Origin: Callorhinchus milii
Taxonomy: Eukaryota
Direction of reading: 5' to 3'
Length of the DNA stretch: 64,000 nucleotides
Assembly: GCF_018977255.1 (NCBI RefSeq)
Contig: NW_024704742.1
Span: forward strand, 60,328,001-60,392,000
The notes under the pieces: model-generated
What the model saw: only the letters and a program-made list of their open reading frames with translations
The model's database searches: none
Told to the model about the DNA's origin: nothing
Program-made: the position numbers and the translations under genes
In this document: one piece after another, positions 39,066-53,166 of the stretch
Layout: each line of letters starts with the position of its first letter
How positions within the stretch are numbered: the stretch's first letter is position 1

Positions 39066-40954
39066 ATGTTTGAGTGTTCGAGCTCAACTTCAGCTGACTT
39101 CAAACCTGATTTAACTCAAGAGCCTTCAGGTCTTTATGCCCCAACCTCTGGTAAACTATGCCTCTATCTGTCTCACTCCCTTTCTATCTTCAAATCCTAC
39201 CTTAAAACATAACCTATGACAGACCCCCTTCTTCCTAGCTCAGGGACAAATCCGACCTGTGAAGCCTTCCAAGATCTTATCCTACAGGAAGGGCACTACA
39301 TTAAGTTGCTGTTGTTTCTAGTTTACATTTGTTATGAAGTGCATACATTCTCACATTCTGAAGAATTTTACAACAATATTCTAAAGTAACAGTGACTTCA
39401 CACAAGTTGCAACACTTTAAATCTGACACGTCTAAAATACTTAGATTTTCTGTGTTCAATCAACTCGCTGAAATAGATTTATCAGGTTTGTTGTCTCCTA
39501 TGATAAATATAATAGTTTCTAATCAAGTAAAAGAAAGAGCAGAACATTTCCATAAAAAGGGAAAATTAAATAAATTCAAATTAAATCTCATACTATTTGA
39601 TATGGTTGAGATTTATTGGACTATTTGTTGCTGTACAATTTTACAGATTTTAAAGTTAGATCAGACTGAAAGTAGGTGACCTTGTGATATAAATGGATTT
39701 CTGCAGGCCTAATAGGATATGAAATGCTTAAAGGCATCGTAATCACACAACGAACAAGAGAAAAACCCATTGAGAACTTATTAAACATTCAGGCATTGCA
39801 CGTGAACCAATCATAATATTATTCACAAGCTCAGTGGGGAGAAAAACAGATCAGAGGAGCTGTCAAATATCATATGTATTGTAATGCACTTGTGCTGCAC
39901 AACAGTGTGGAAGGCCAGCCAAGGTTATGAATGGCCAGTTCATGATTGGGGAGCGCTGAGATCTCGCTCCTGCTGCTGAATTCCTGGCCTTGGACATTAG
40001 AGCGGGATCTCAGTTGAGGCCAGGAAACAACCAACGGGTGTGGGGGGGTGGTGGGTGGGGAAGAGCATGTATAGTCCTGTTTAATTGGATGGTAAAATCC
40101 CACGGCACGATTTAAAAACAAAAGGTAGTTCTCCCCTCTCCTGCCCAACAATACCTCATATATAATTGATCATTCACTTTGTGCCTGTTTTGGGGGGGAC
40201 ATTGCTGTGCACAATTGACTGTCATGTTCGCTTACCAAATCCACAGTAATTACACCTTACATTAATTCCTGTGAAGAACTTTGAGATGTAATAAGGCATT
40301 ATATCAAATGCCAGGATTTCTTTATGACTGTGTAATTTAGATTGAAAAGTGTTTACTTGTCGGGCACCATTAAAGCTTACTGGAGAGGTAAATAATGAAT
40401 AATTACCCACCATTACTGTCTATGAACTAAAGTGTGATTTATTAGATTGCTGTATTTTAGTTTACCACCCGTTAAGTTGCCTAATGGAATGCTCGAGATA
40501 ATCATACAAATTAATTATAGCTGAACCAATGACCTTGGGAATCAAGTTCAACTTTAGTCCTGTGGGTGGTAACAGAAGCAAAATGACAGACAGAACACAC
40601 ACCAAAGTGTTAGGAGATACAAGACACATTATTAGTCGAAACCATGGTGGCAAGGGAGAAGGTGATCCATAATAAACTTTTGAACAATAAGGGCAAAGGT
40701 GAAGTCACTTCGCACATGATTTTTTTTGCAACCTGAAAAGTGGCTGATATACTCCTGTTCATAAATGAGGACAGTTCATCCACTTGGCATTCTAATTTTG
40801 GATATGTTTATTTTTTCTTATACTCTGCCCTGCTATTCACATAATCCCAGCATCTCAGGTAGACAGTGGAGAGCTTTCCAAGCGGAAAGTTACAATTTGC
40901 TTCTTAGTTCCACCTGTTATACTTCTGCTTATCTTCCTACTGGTTAAATGTTAT

Positions 40955-41355
40955 AATAATAAGCTTTGAATTTTAAATAGCATCTAATCACGTTATGCAA
41001 ATGTCTCAAAGTTCTTCAGAAGATTTACTTTATTGTTTAATGCCTGTGCATTTGTAGGCGAGCATAGCAGTCAATTTGCCCACAGCAATGTTCCACAAAT
41101 ATCAACTTTATCTGGGGGATTATTATTAGAGACATCAGGTGAAACTCCCTTCCCTTTTCAAATAGTGGTATGGGATCTTTAGTGTTCACCTGAACAGGAA
41201 ATGGGAACTTGGTTTAATATTTCATCCAAAGGATGGTACAACCAGCAATGAAGTATTCCCTGAAAACTGAATTAGAGTGTCAGCCTAGACTGTGAGTTAA
41301 AAGTCCCAACAAGGGGTTTCAATGGTCAACCTTTGGATTCAGAGCCAAGAGTGCG
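40955..41355 (-). mobile_element. SINE family B
   Basis: Tail, centre (cacctgaacagg..ggtttaatatttcatcc) and head remnant. Confidence 0.75.
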
Positions 41356-42036
41356 ACTATGCGATGTACAGAGTATGGAAAAATACAGTAAAAACGGGCA
41401 TCACAACAGGTAATGTCAATTACCAACCACTATCTAAAATTCATTAAACTCTTGAAGAAAAACTTTCACTGTATTATATATTGCCTATAAGGAATAGATA
41501 GTATAACAATAAGAATTTACATATGTACAGTGCCCTTCATGTTATTGTTAAAATTGGCCCTATTAACAATTAATTCAACAAATCTCAGCATAGTCACAAT
41601 ATAGTCAGTATTTCTGTGTTACATAAGCGGGAGTAAGTGATTCCATTTCTGTAATTTGTGGTGAGAATTAAAACCTGTTTTAAATGTATCTTAGTAATTG
41701 TAACTTGGAAAACCGCAAGTATGCTTGTTAATTTGCTTCAGCCTTTAATTATTGGTTTATTTGGTGATGTTCTTTAAACTGTAATGCATAATGCCTGAAA
41801 TTGAGTGGGGGGGGGCAAATTTGGAAGACACACACAGAGTTATTAGGATGTTGAATACCCTGCTGGGTGCATAGTGAAAAAGCAGGTAAATGGGATTGAA
41901 TGCATGTACACATGAAGGGGTCGAATGGCCTTCCTCTGTCCTGTAAATGTCTATGGTCCTAATCCAGTACTGAATCACCTGACATGGAAAACCATCCTCT
42001 GTCCCTGCTTTCAAAACTCTTCTAAAACTACATATC

Positions 42037-42353
42037 AGAGCCCAGTAGCTCAGTGGTTGGAGCACACGCCTCGCAAGCAAGAGATCTGGGTTCGATTCTC
42101 AGCAGGGTTCGACCTTGGGCAAGTTTCCTTACTCCACATGCCTGAAAATAATCTCTCAAGAAAAAAATAAAAATAAATAATAATTGTCACTCAATCCATG
42201 ACTGTTTGTGAGACACTGCTGTGTGCAATTGGCTGCCGCGTTTCGTGACAAAATGTACAGTCAATTCACTTTACAGTATATACTGTGAAATGCTTTGAGA
42301 TGTCTAGAAGATGTGAAAAGGGCTATAACAAATGCAAGGATTATGATTATTAT
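42037..42353 (+). mobile_element. SINE family A, short form, older
   Basis: gtagctcagtggttggagcac head; family body and tail. Confidence 0.85.
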
Positions 42354-42378
42354 ATTTTTGACGGAACTTTCGGTTAAC

Positions 42379-42415
42379 ATCCTTTATCCTTTATCCTTTA
42401 TCCTCTTTATCCTCT
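42379..42415. repeat. (ATCCTTT)n short tandem repeat
   Basis: Three perfect 7-bp units plus two variants. Confidence 0.8.
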
Positions 42416-43525
42416 GGCATATTGGCTAAGCTTTTTGAGACATTTATCCTATGTTAAATGTATCAAGTAAATGCAAGTTGTTATATTGCGTGAACAATAT
42501 TGGGATAAAAAAATACAGCATTTACTCTTCTTAAAGGTTTTACCTTTAGTTCATTGCCTTCCTCAACTGATTGAATGGCCACATAAAATCTGTGATCAGG
42601 CAAATTATAAATGAAATGTAGAGGAAAGGGTCTTGAAGGTTGAGCTTTTCTTACTTCATTTACAAGATGGCAACAGGACCGGAGAATAGCGTGTATTCCT
42701 TGACACATTTGGAAACTGATGGCTTTTTACATGCTAACACTTTCTGGTGACAGCAAATAATTCAATGCCCTTACTTTCAACCCACCCATTACGGATTACG
42801 GATGCATGCTCTTTTGAGTCTATCAGTATTACCTCCCCAGATAAAGGTAAAATTAATTTGTTTAATGACTTGTAAAAGTGATTTGGAAGTCTAATAGGCA
42901 AAGCTGTCAGTGGGTAGAAAATTACAGGAAGTGAAGAGATTTAATTAATGTAGCTTTGCTGAAGATATTTAGCAGTATTTTTCAAATAGCAAGTAAGGAT
43001 TTTACAGGTTTGAATTTTGGAAAATTTAATAGGTGCTCAAAGTTTAAGGAAATTTGAATCCCCAGATATTCAAATAATTGGTTAAATCAATGTAATTTAA
43101 TATTCCGATTTACTGAATGGATATTCCTTACTTCTCACAAAATATGTCAATAGAGTACATTTGCAAACATCAAGGAGAAACTGTTCTCTATTTATAAACT
43201 TGATACACCATAATGTCATATGGAATACACAATTATTTAGAACATAGCATGAACCTGAGCCAAATGTGATCTTCATAACAATGCTTTCTAAAACCTTCTC
43301 TTTCAACACCTTCCAGTGATAGAGTTATAATGCAACTTCATAATAGCTCAAGACTGGTGGAAGTAACATTCAAAAAGGTAAAATTTCCATTTCTAGTGCC
43401 TGAAGTCTGATTACCACAATGCTTCAAATATTTGACAAATTATTCAATCTTGGAGCATTCGATGAAATACAAAATTCTTCCTGCTTCTACAGTTCTGGCT
43501 AGTCCTTATTTTGTTTGGTTTCAAG

Positions 43526-43844
43526 GTGGAGTCCTGTAGCTCAGTGGTTAGAGCACTCACTTTGCAAGTGAGAGACCTGAGATCAATTCCAGGCAGGGCG
43601 AAACCTTGGGCAAGTTTCCTTACTCCACACGCCTAATAATAATCCCTCCAAAAGAAACAATAATAAATTGGTCATTTTCAATCTTCGACTGTTTGTGGGA
43701 CATTGCTGTGCGCAATTGGCTGCCGCGTTCGCCCACAAATATACAGTCAATTCACTTTACAATGTGTTCTGTGAGGCGCTTTGGGACGTCCTCCCGACGT
43801 GAAAAGCGCTATATCAAATGCAAGGATTATTATTATTATTATTA
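43526..43844 (+). mobile_element. SINE family A, short young form
   Basis: Complete element with AAGGTG at both ends. Confidence 0.93.
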
Positions 43845-44106
43845 AGGTGTGCTAAAATCATACTATTGAACTGGAAAGGTATACTTCTCAGGAGAGTTGA
43901 GATTTACCATAAATAAACAGCCAGACACAATGCTCCAAATTTAACTTGGTCAACAATCTTTCCTTCTCAAGAGAATTTTTTTTCCATTGGAATAATAACA
44001 GAGATCTCTCTACAAATGTATTATTTTTTCCTAGTGATTTCAATTGGGCTCTCAAACATTATCAAGGATCATCTCAGAACAACCATAAAACTAATCTGAG
44101 AGGGAA

Positions 44107-44109
<3 letters not shown>

Positions 44110-44144
<35 letters not shown>

Positions 44145-44159
44145 CGAGCAAGAGAGAGA
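44110..44159. repeat. (GA)n microsatellite
   Basis: Direct reading. Confidence 0.95.
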
Positions 44160-44917
44160 CCGCATGGAAAAAGTATGAGAAAGTATGCAAAAGAAAATGT
44201 CTAACTAACATCTCAAATTGCAAGGGCAAACATTTCCATCCCAATTACTTTCTTCTCCATGATTTTACTATTATAAATAATCCCTCCTATACCAAAGATG
44301 TTTCAAAGAAATTGATGAGAGATATCATGCGCTTTTTATTTGGGCAAGTTCTTTCTTCTTGCATACATTTCACATTCTCGCACACTCGGTGTAATGTATC
44401 AATCTGACAACATTTTTCAGTGGTGTACATGAATAAGTAAATGTGAAAGGTCAATATACACAGCAAAATGCATGTCCTCTTTGCACAAAGCTACAATATC
44501 CAAGTACTGAATAACAAATTCTGGCTAAATCATAACACACATTTGTAGGTCCTCTGAATACATGGGAGCTACTAAGACTTCAGTTTGCTATGAAAATTCC
44601 CTCAGCAAGAATGAATGAATTTACAAGTGAACCATGAATCCAAAATATTGGGGTCACAATTATAGCGTTCCTAAGCACATTCTAAGTTAGGAACAAGATT
44701 AAAATATGTTTTATACCCTTCTCCCTTCTACTAGCTTCTGAATAAAGAAAGCAACACAAATTCAAAACCTCTGAAAATGTTGTGAGCCTCTATCTTGGAT
44801 TCTAGCTTAGTGAGACTAGAATCACTAAAGCAAGAGGAATGCAGGCGGAGTGTCCTTTCCTTTAACTCAAATGACAGCACCTCTGACCACACAGCACTCC
44901 CACAATAATGTCCCACA

Positions 44918-45090
44918 TGGAATTTTGTAGTGTAGTGGTTCGTGCTCTCACCTCACAAGCGAGAGGACCTGGGTTTGATTCCCAGGCAGGGCAAAATCTT
45001 AGGCAAGTTTCCTTACTCCACACGCCTTTTTAATCTAGCAGTATGTAAAACCCCTGTTCTTAATCGATTAGCGGATCGCTTTTCCGGAAA
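44918..45090 (+). mobile_element. 5' half of SINE A long form
   Basis: Head plus centre, no tail. Confidence 0.7.
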
Positions 45091-45256
45091 ACCACCAACT
45101 GAACCAAGTTGACAATATTGTATTCAGACGGGATGTTTAACTAACCCCGAGTGGGTGAGGTAAAGTCGACAATGCAGGACGTTTTATACGGTCTGTGAAA
45201 GAAATGGGTTTAATGGACTTTCCTCATCCCATTCCTTCTATGTTCCCTACATTATT

Positions 45257-45585
45257 TAATAATAATAATAATAATCCTTGCATTTGATATAGCGCTTTTC
45301 ACGTCGGGAGGACGTCCCAAAGCGCTTCACAGAACACACTGTAAAGTGAATTGACTGTATATTTGTGGGCGAACGCGGCAGCCAATTGCGCACAGCAATG
45401 TCCCACAAACAGTCGTAGATTGAAAATGACCAATTTTTATTATTGTTTTTGGTTTTGGAGGGATTATTATTAGGCGTGTGGAGCAAGGAAACTCGCCCAA
45501 GGTTTCGCCCTGACCTGCCTGGAATTGAACTCAGGTCTCTCGCTTACAAAGCGAGTGCTCTAACCACTGAGCTACAGGACTCCAC
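45257..45585 (-). mobile_element. SINE family A, short young form
   Basis: Complete element, CpGs retained. Confidence 0.93.
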
Positions 45586-46044
45586 TATATTTGCTAACCA
45601 TATTGGAACAAATGGGATTAGCCGAACAAACCTAACAAAATACACTTATATTTTGAAAAATGACAGATGGTGAGGAAATTTAGGAATTAACCTAATCTTG
45701 AGACACTGATTTATAAACTGCTCTAACTTTTCCTTGCAATGTATATGTCATCTGCACCACGTAATTACATTTCTGCATTGTAATTGATCCCAGGTGCACA
45801 TTGTTCTTTCTGAGAAACTCAAAGCTTTGTGTTGGGGAACAAATACAAATGTATTGCTTAACCTGAATCGACTGCGATGAAATTCATTGAAGTTATTTTA
45901 GTTCACCTTGTGAGAATAAGATGCAGGAGATAAATTGGATTTTTTAAAATATTTCTTCAAGGCGTTTCAACAACTTGATAAGGCGCTATATGAAATGCAA
46001 GGATTATTATTATTATTTTGTTCCTTCAATATATTTCCAGCTGG

Positions 46045-46456
46045 CTCACTCTGGCTCAGTTGGTAGCACTCTCGCCTGAATTAGAAGGTTAGGACTTAGA
46101 GCTCATGCAGGGTAGGCTGGCCATCCAGTTCTGTGCTGCTGCTGTGCTGCATTGGTGGAGGTACTGTCCTTCAGATGAGACATTAAACCGAGGTTATATC
46201 TGCCTATTCAGGTGCACGTTAAGAACTCATGACATGTTCAAAGAGAGAAGGGAGTTTCTCCTTGTGCTCTGACCAACAATTCTTCCAAATAAAAAAAAAG
46301 GTCATTCACTTCATGGATGTTTGTAAAACATTGTTCTGTGCAAATTGGCAGGTTCACCAACAATTTAGACACTGAACTTCATAGTATATCCTGTGAAGTT
46401 CTTTGAGATATCATCCCAAAGTGAAAGGCCTATACCAAACATAAGCATTATTATTA
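46045..46456 (+). mobile_element. SINE family B
   Basis: tggctcagttggtagcactctcgcctga head; cagatgagacattaaaccgagg centre; tail. Confidence 0.82.
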
Positions 46457-47114
46457 GGGATTGTTATCTTCCTTCTATGCATTTCTCACTTTCTTTTCCC
46501 CCAATGATTTATTTTCCCTATCATTATTATTCTATTATCTTCTTCCAAAATTATAATCAATAACCATTTTCATTACTATAAGGCCCACGCAGCAATGCAG
46601 AGATCAAGATATTTTTGGAGCTCTGCAGTTTAGGCCTGATGTGGAGATATGGAGATCAGCATGCAAGAAACTCAAAGAGAAAATCAGAAGCAACTTAAAC
46701 ATTTTAATCTATAAAGAGATTGAGGTGAGGGGTCATCTGGAAACTAGATTTATGAGAACGTCTGAATCTAGTCATGACTCAACTACTTTTCTTTCTACCT
46801 GTTGATCCAACCAACCACACCGAAACTCTGATGTTATCCATTATTTATCTCTTTAAATTCTAAACATGCAATTATATTAAAAGAAAGAAGAAACACAACA
46901 AACTCCTGATATCTCTGTAACTACTAAGCACACAACCATCATTTAGTCGCTCAGGTAGTATCTCATGTGAATCTAAGCCACACATACCAAATACATCCTA
47001 GTTTTCACATTCATCTATGACCTTCCGTTTTGTATGGCATATTGCAGCATTAGGCAAAAGTGACTGAGGCCAAAACATGTCAACCATGGTGCAGTACAGT
47101 TTAAAACTGAGTAT

Positions 47115-47480
47115 CAACAACAACTTGCATTTATTCACACAGGATAGCACTTCAGAGTGCTGTACAGTGGCTCAGGGTTGGACACTGAGCAACGGAGAAG
47201 GTGGAGGCGACCATAAACAATAATAATAATAATCCTTGCATTTGATATAGCGCTTTTCACGTCTTCTAGACGTCCCAAAGCACTTCACAGGGTTGAAGGG
47301 ATAGCTTTTCAGGTGGGATTTAAAGATAAAGAGGGGGAGACGTGGAGGGATTAAGGCAGGGAGTTCCAAACGGTTAGGGGTGCAATGGCTGAAGGCACAG
47401 CCATGGATGGTGTCATGGAGAGCGTCAGGAGACCCGCAGCAGGTCTGTGTTGGCTGAGCGAAGGAGGTGAGAAGAGGAGT
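47115..47480 (-). mobile_element. L2 3' fragment with a SINE A tail inserted at about 47219-47290
   Basis: Reverse strand LWNSLP/IFKSHLK motifs, (CAA)n tail on +; internal young SINE tail. Confidence 0.75.
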
Positions 47481-48584
47481 GACAATGTTATAGAAGCAGT
47501 GGGCTTATTCCAGAAATAAATGGTTAAAGAAAGATATTTAGGATATTTGTCTCCCAGGTGGAAACTTTATTCCCATCTTCTATTACTTTGCTAATCTAAA
47601 GGTCAAATTATAATTCAAAAGGTTTTCAGGATATGTTCTTAAATGAAGGCGTGCCTGCAATTCTCACAAGCAGAATGTATACAACACTGATAATGAATAT
47701 ATTATTGTGCAGTCTCTTAATCACAAAGCTCTATCAGAAGACCAGTTGTTGTATTATAATCTGATACTGACTTGAGTTAATTTAACCCTACAGAAATGTA
47801 GTTAAATAATATAAAGCTGAAACAAAATACACACAACCTCAAGCGCTAACTGGGTTCCAGACTGCAAAACATTAACTGTGCATTGTATTCAGGAACGTCT
47901 GAACCTTTGGCAAACTATGGATCGCAAACTAACTTCTGCTGAGTGAGATGCATGGGTGACAGCATTCAACTATGTTTAAACCACCCTTCAATATCCTGTG
48001 AAGTGCTTTATAATAACAATCCTCATACTTGCTACAGTGTCTTTCATAGTGGGAGGATATTTTAAAGTGCTTCATAGTATTTACTGTGAAGGGGACTGAC
48101 TGTGTTTGTAGAACACAACAGCCCAATTGTACTCATCAATGTCCAAAAACAGCCATGAAACAAATGACAAACTTTATTTGGGAAGTGAGACATTCTCATG
48201 ATAAGAAAGGCACTTTACCACATGTAAGGATTATTTATTATTTATTTGAAGCCTTGGTCCACATTTTATTTTAGGGACTCACTTGTTCACTATTATTAAT
48301 GCAAGAGTCATAATATTTTAGACTTTATCTCTTTTAACTGATGACATTAACCTTCCATTGTGTGCAGTAGACATGCAACTATCATTTGCCTTTTACCTTT
48401 AAATTTCCCAAACCATAATTCAGTGCTCCTCAGGCTCTTTCCGTTCCAATCAGAAATTATCATGCAAAACATATCCTGCTACATGTCATGGAAGAATTAA
48501 CAGTGGCCTTGCAGGCAACATCTTAAGGCCTTGGAAATAGAAATCTTTTCTGAGCTCATTGTCCTTCCTTGATCATGCTAGGCT

Positions 48585-48752
48585 TTTAGTTTTTAATTTA
48601 GTCAGCTAGGTGTTTGACACATCAGAAACCCATCACCATACTTAAAAGAATCTAAAACAGACAGAGTTCCACACATGTATGGCACTTACATTTCCCTGGT
48701 GTCTGGAATGGAGTCTGCACTCTCACCTCGAAGGGATGCACTCTACTTACTT
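48585..48752 (-). mobile_element. LINE family C 3' end
   Basis: T-rich run then gtcagctaggtgtttgacacatcagaaacccatcaccatacttaa. Confidence 0.7.
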
Positions 48753-50022
48753 ATATCCAGAGAGCAAATGGCACAGGTTGACAAAAGCCAAGGTTTTTCG
48801 GTCCCTACGGACTTTAATAAATGATCTAAAAGATTCTTGAGATTCTCAAAGAGCAGGAGGAATAAAACCTGAAAACTTGCCCTTTTTGTAACACGTACCA
48901 TAATTCTTGCATTTGATATAGCACCTTTCACATTGTCGAGACATGTCGAAGCGCTTCACAGAATATACTGCAAAGTGGATTGACTGTGTATTTTGTTAAT
49001 TGATAATCATATCACTTAAAGGGATCTCTCCACCCCCTTTTGAACTGAGTTACTAGTATGTGATCTTATTGTTGACTTTTATGTAGTCCAAACTCTGTTA
49101 ATGACCTAACAGCACGTTATATATGAATTCATTTTTATTCACATATTCCTTATGTATGGGAAAAGGGTTGATAAATGGATCTAAAAGTTTTGCTCTTTAA
49201 AGCGCAAGCCTTATTCTGCAGTATAAATATCTATGATTCTATGGTTGTCACATTGTTTACAATTTTATGAGTTGACACAAAATGGCAAGCGGAATGTCTT
49301 TCTGTTTCACATGTTGCCTGTGCATCTGCAGCATATTCTACCTTATTTCCTTAACTCGAACTCTGAAAACTAATCTAGGCATCTAACTAGCTACGATTGT
49401 GCCTCAAATGAACTATAATCACAATGTATTTTACAAATCTCACCCTCCCCTTGTTAGAAAAGACTAATTCTACATTCTTTTTGAAACCTCCTTACAGAGT
49501 GTTTCCTTTTTCTTTTTGCTGAATACAGTTTATGCTCATTGTCATCCTCTTTAGGCTCATTATGAGCTTATTCTGTCATTGTGACTTCTCTGCCCTTTTA
49601 ACTACCTTATTATTCCTCTAGTCTCACCAATTATAGCTACACTAGGAGACATCACATTGACCTACTTTCTATTGGCTCACTCTGGACCAGACCATGTTTC
49701 CAATTTTAATTGGTGCCTGCCAGGCCAATTGACAGATGTGTCCCAATATGGGCCGGTATTAATAGATGGTACAGCACTGATGGAAGAGCAAGGTGACTGG
49801 CAGATGTGCTGAAATTTTATTTTCCTGTTTGAGTTTGTATATTGAAGCTAGTTGATTGTTGTGAGCTAAGATGTACCAATTCAAGTATGTTTGTTTGTAA
49901 CATAGAAATTACAGTACGGAAGGAAGCCATTTCTCCCATTGAGTCTATATTCCTGTTAGCTCCTCTGTGGACACAGGTGCTGATTATTTATACACATGGC
50001 AACAAGCATTTCAAAAGTCATA

Positions 50023-50597
50023 CAGTGGAATCCACTTTTGCCGGACATCGGTTAAACCTGGACGTTGGGTAAATCGAACAAAACTCCTGGCCCTGATTCA
50101 TTTGTATTCTTACCCGTTATAAATATGCATATTAATTTGGATGAAAATCCAGGCAAAATGCCGCATTGGTCGCCGCTGAATGCAATCACTCAAGCCTTCT
50201 ATGTGTTGAACGGTTCCATTCAGTTACGAGGGATGCTGGGAGCAGTCTAAAATCAATTGACAGCGGACTCCAGTCATTCACAAGTGGCTAGAGTTGGGCT
50301 GTCAATCAGTGAGGGGATGGAGAAATGGGGAAGAAGAAGGGAGGGAATGGGAGGAGTTAAATCATGATTGATTGACAGCTGAGCCACTTGTGAGCAGATG
50401 GAGCCCATCCATTCAAAAGCGGCTGTAGCTGTCAATCACCTCAGCTGCTAATTGGTCCCCTTGGGAACAGCAATGGGAGGGAGGAGGTGCCACTGCTCCT
50501 CTGCTGGGCGGGAATAGTATTTCAACTAACATCGGACACCTCTTAATTCGGACAAAATGTCTGTCCCCGATGCGTCCGCCATAACCGAATTCCACTG
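50023..50597. mobile_element. Non-autonomous Tc1/mariner (Tigger/pogo-like) DNA transposon
   Basis: TA at 50021-22 and 50598-99; imperfect TIRs CAGTGGAATCCACTTTTGCCGGAC and CAGTGGAATTCGGTTATGGCGGAC; no transposase ORF. Confidence 0.85.
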
Positions 50598-51647
50598 TAT
50601 ATGCAATTAGCAAACAAGTCAAATGATAATTAGGATTTCTTTGATTTTAAAGCTGTTTTCAATTAGTTCACAGAAATCCAGCTCGCTATATAAGAGTGGT
50701 GTCGGATCTGTTCTGTGGAGTTAATCGAAACAAGGTGCTGACAATTGTGCCCAGTGATGTGTTTATTAACACCAGTGATAATTATAATATTGTTGATGAA
50801 TGCTGACAAGACGGCCAGTCAATAATTAAAGACTGGTTGAGTATGTGACTCCTCCCCACCCCTGACTTTGTCACAGTAATGGGTGTGAAGCATTAGGGAA
50901 TTCAGGCTTGTAAAGTTGAGCAAAGCAGGTGTCTCATTAACCAGGATTTGAATGCAAGTTCAGCCTCTCACCTTTGTGCCCCAATTAAGATGAAATAGTA
51001 TGTGTGCGTGCGTCTGTTGTGTATGTGGGGAGGGGAGCAGCTTTGGAGTTCACCTTTGAGCCAATCTTTAGTTATTTTGCTGAAGCTCCCTGAAGACTGA
51101 GAATAATAGATGAAAGAATATATTAAAAGCAAAGATTGAGTTTTACACAAAATTAATTTTTTTTATAATATTCTATGGACAGCAACCAAAAGGCTCTTTT
51201 GCTTTTAGTTTCTTCTGGGAATATTATAAAGCGAGCTGTTCTTTAATCCAAATCACTTCTCCAATAACACTTTACACCACACACATTATAAATTTACCAA
51301 AAATAATGCTGGCATTTTACGGAATGAAAGTTATACATAATTTGAAAGTTCAAAAAGTATTTCAGTAATAAGAGGATTTAATGAGGTTCAATAATCTGCA
51401 AAATATTAACTTCAAATTCCACTGATCTCTGGCTTGAAAAACAGACGTCCCTTTGCTGCATTAAATTGACTGAACTTGAAAAGTAGAAAAATATCAGCCC
51501 TCTCTTGCTTCATCTTCTGCCAATCTTTCACAACATTCCAGGTATTTAATGAAAATCTATTAAAGCAATACAGTGAACAAAGAAATTACAAGTTGAATTT
51601 GTCGGGTACAGGACAAAGAAGTACAACATGAATTTGATAAATTGTGG

Positions 51648-52048
51648 GTCAGCCTGGTGCAGTGATAGCACTCTCACCTCTGAGTTAGAAGGATGTGGGT
51701 TCAAGCCCCAAGTCAGGACATAAATTCACACAGTTTAGGCTGACACATTGTTGTCCTTCAGATGACATGTTAAAAAATGAGATCCTATCTTCCTTTTCAG
51801 GTGGATGTTAAAGTTTCTTTGGCACTATTCAAAAAGAAAAGGGAGTTTCTCCCTGCATCCTGGCCAACAATGCCCCAAATAAAATTTTGTCGATGAATCC
51901 ACACTATTTTGGGAAACTGCTGTGCACAATTGACAATGTTTTGCCCACAAAATACAGTCAATCCACTTTACAGTATCTCCTGCAAAGCACTTTGAGACAG
52001 CTCAACAATATGATAAGGCACTATAACAAATAAAAAGGATTATTATGA
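51648..52048 (+). mobile_element. SINE family B
   Basis: gtcagcctggtgcagtgatagcactctcacctctgag head to tail. Confidence 0.82.
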
Positions 52049-52809
52049 TTTTCATTAAATCTAAAATTCCATCTACAAAGTACACAGGCACCATACTTCA
52101 AAAGAATAGCTGTGAAGTGTTGTGAGTTGCAATCCTCAAGTGAAAAGATTTACAAATAATGATCAGAGTACAGTATATGTGCATCTTAAAACGAACAAAC
52201 AAAAATTATATTCTTTCCATTTGACAGCGCTTTTCACATGAGAAGCACATCTCAAGGAACTTCACAGGATATACTGTTAAGTGGAGTGACTGTTTACTTG
52301 TAGGCAAATGTGGCAACCCATATGCACATTGCAACAAATATAAAAGGCCTAACTCAAAGGATATATTATTTCCAGGATTGAAAATAATGTAATTTTGACT
52401 TTCAATTACTAATTGACATCCCAGATGCTAGTGTAAAACATTTCAAAAGAGACAGTCAAACAATTGCACCAAAGTTGAAAGAGTGGGGAGTTTGGGGGTG
52501 AGGGTAGGGGACATGCTATCCAGAGCTAAAACCAACAATTATCACTGAAATTCTGCTGTTTCCCAACCTGATATTGTGGTGTGGGATGATACATGATGGG
52601 ATATTTGGGAAAATCTTTAAACAGATCCTAGAAAATGTAGATTTCCCTCAATCCTTGATGTGACAATTATAACAATGTGTAACAAAATGTCATAAGTTTC
52701 ACCTAATAAAGCATTAAAACAGAAATTGATCACTTAATATTGTGGTGCAATATGCCCCGCTATTAATATTGCTGAAATGAATATCTTTGTAAATGAAAAA
52801 AGCTACATC

Positions 52810-53140
52810 TGTGACCTTCTCCAGACTCGCACTCTGTTTGACCGGTTCACTCCGCAAACTCAGGCTTGTTTTGCGTTACTGGCTTCCTCTGCCCAACGAT
52901 CAGCGGCCGAATCTTCAGCCACTATGCCCCCACTCATTGGAACCCTCTGGAACTCTCTGGAACTCCTTGTAAATCTCTCCACCTTACCCCCCTCCCTCTC
53001 TATCGCTCTTTGAAAGCCTCCTACAAATCTTCTTCATCCAATCCCATAGTCACCTCCATTCTCTCTCCCTCTCCCAGACTCACTGTCCAGCATCATCAAG
53101 TGAATGACATAAGTGAAAGTTGCTCATATAATTGTAAATT
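52810..53140 (+). mobile_element. Old L2 3' fragment
   Basis: ISGRIFSHYAPTHWN motif and pyrimidine-rich 3'UTR. Confidence 0.7.
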
Positions 53141-53166
53141 ATTAAATATTTTAGATTCTGCTTACA

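Noticed and set aside
43526..43600. tRNA-Ala(TGC)-like sequences, also at 3894, 17579, 26865, 45585 and 53167
   Set aside because: No acceptor-stem closure, and each continues into a SINE body and tail; these are SINE heads, not tRNA genes
43606..43845. Recurrent ORFs ending [12 protein letters not shown] (also 3995, 45256, 53393)
   Set aside because: Translations of the same SINE, not a gene family
43946..44407. 153-aa ORF
   Set aside because: Spans a GA microsatellite; composition looks non-coding
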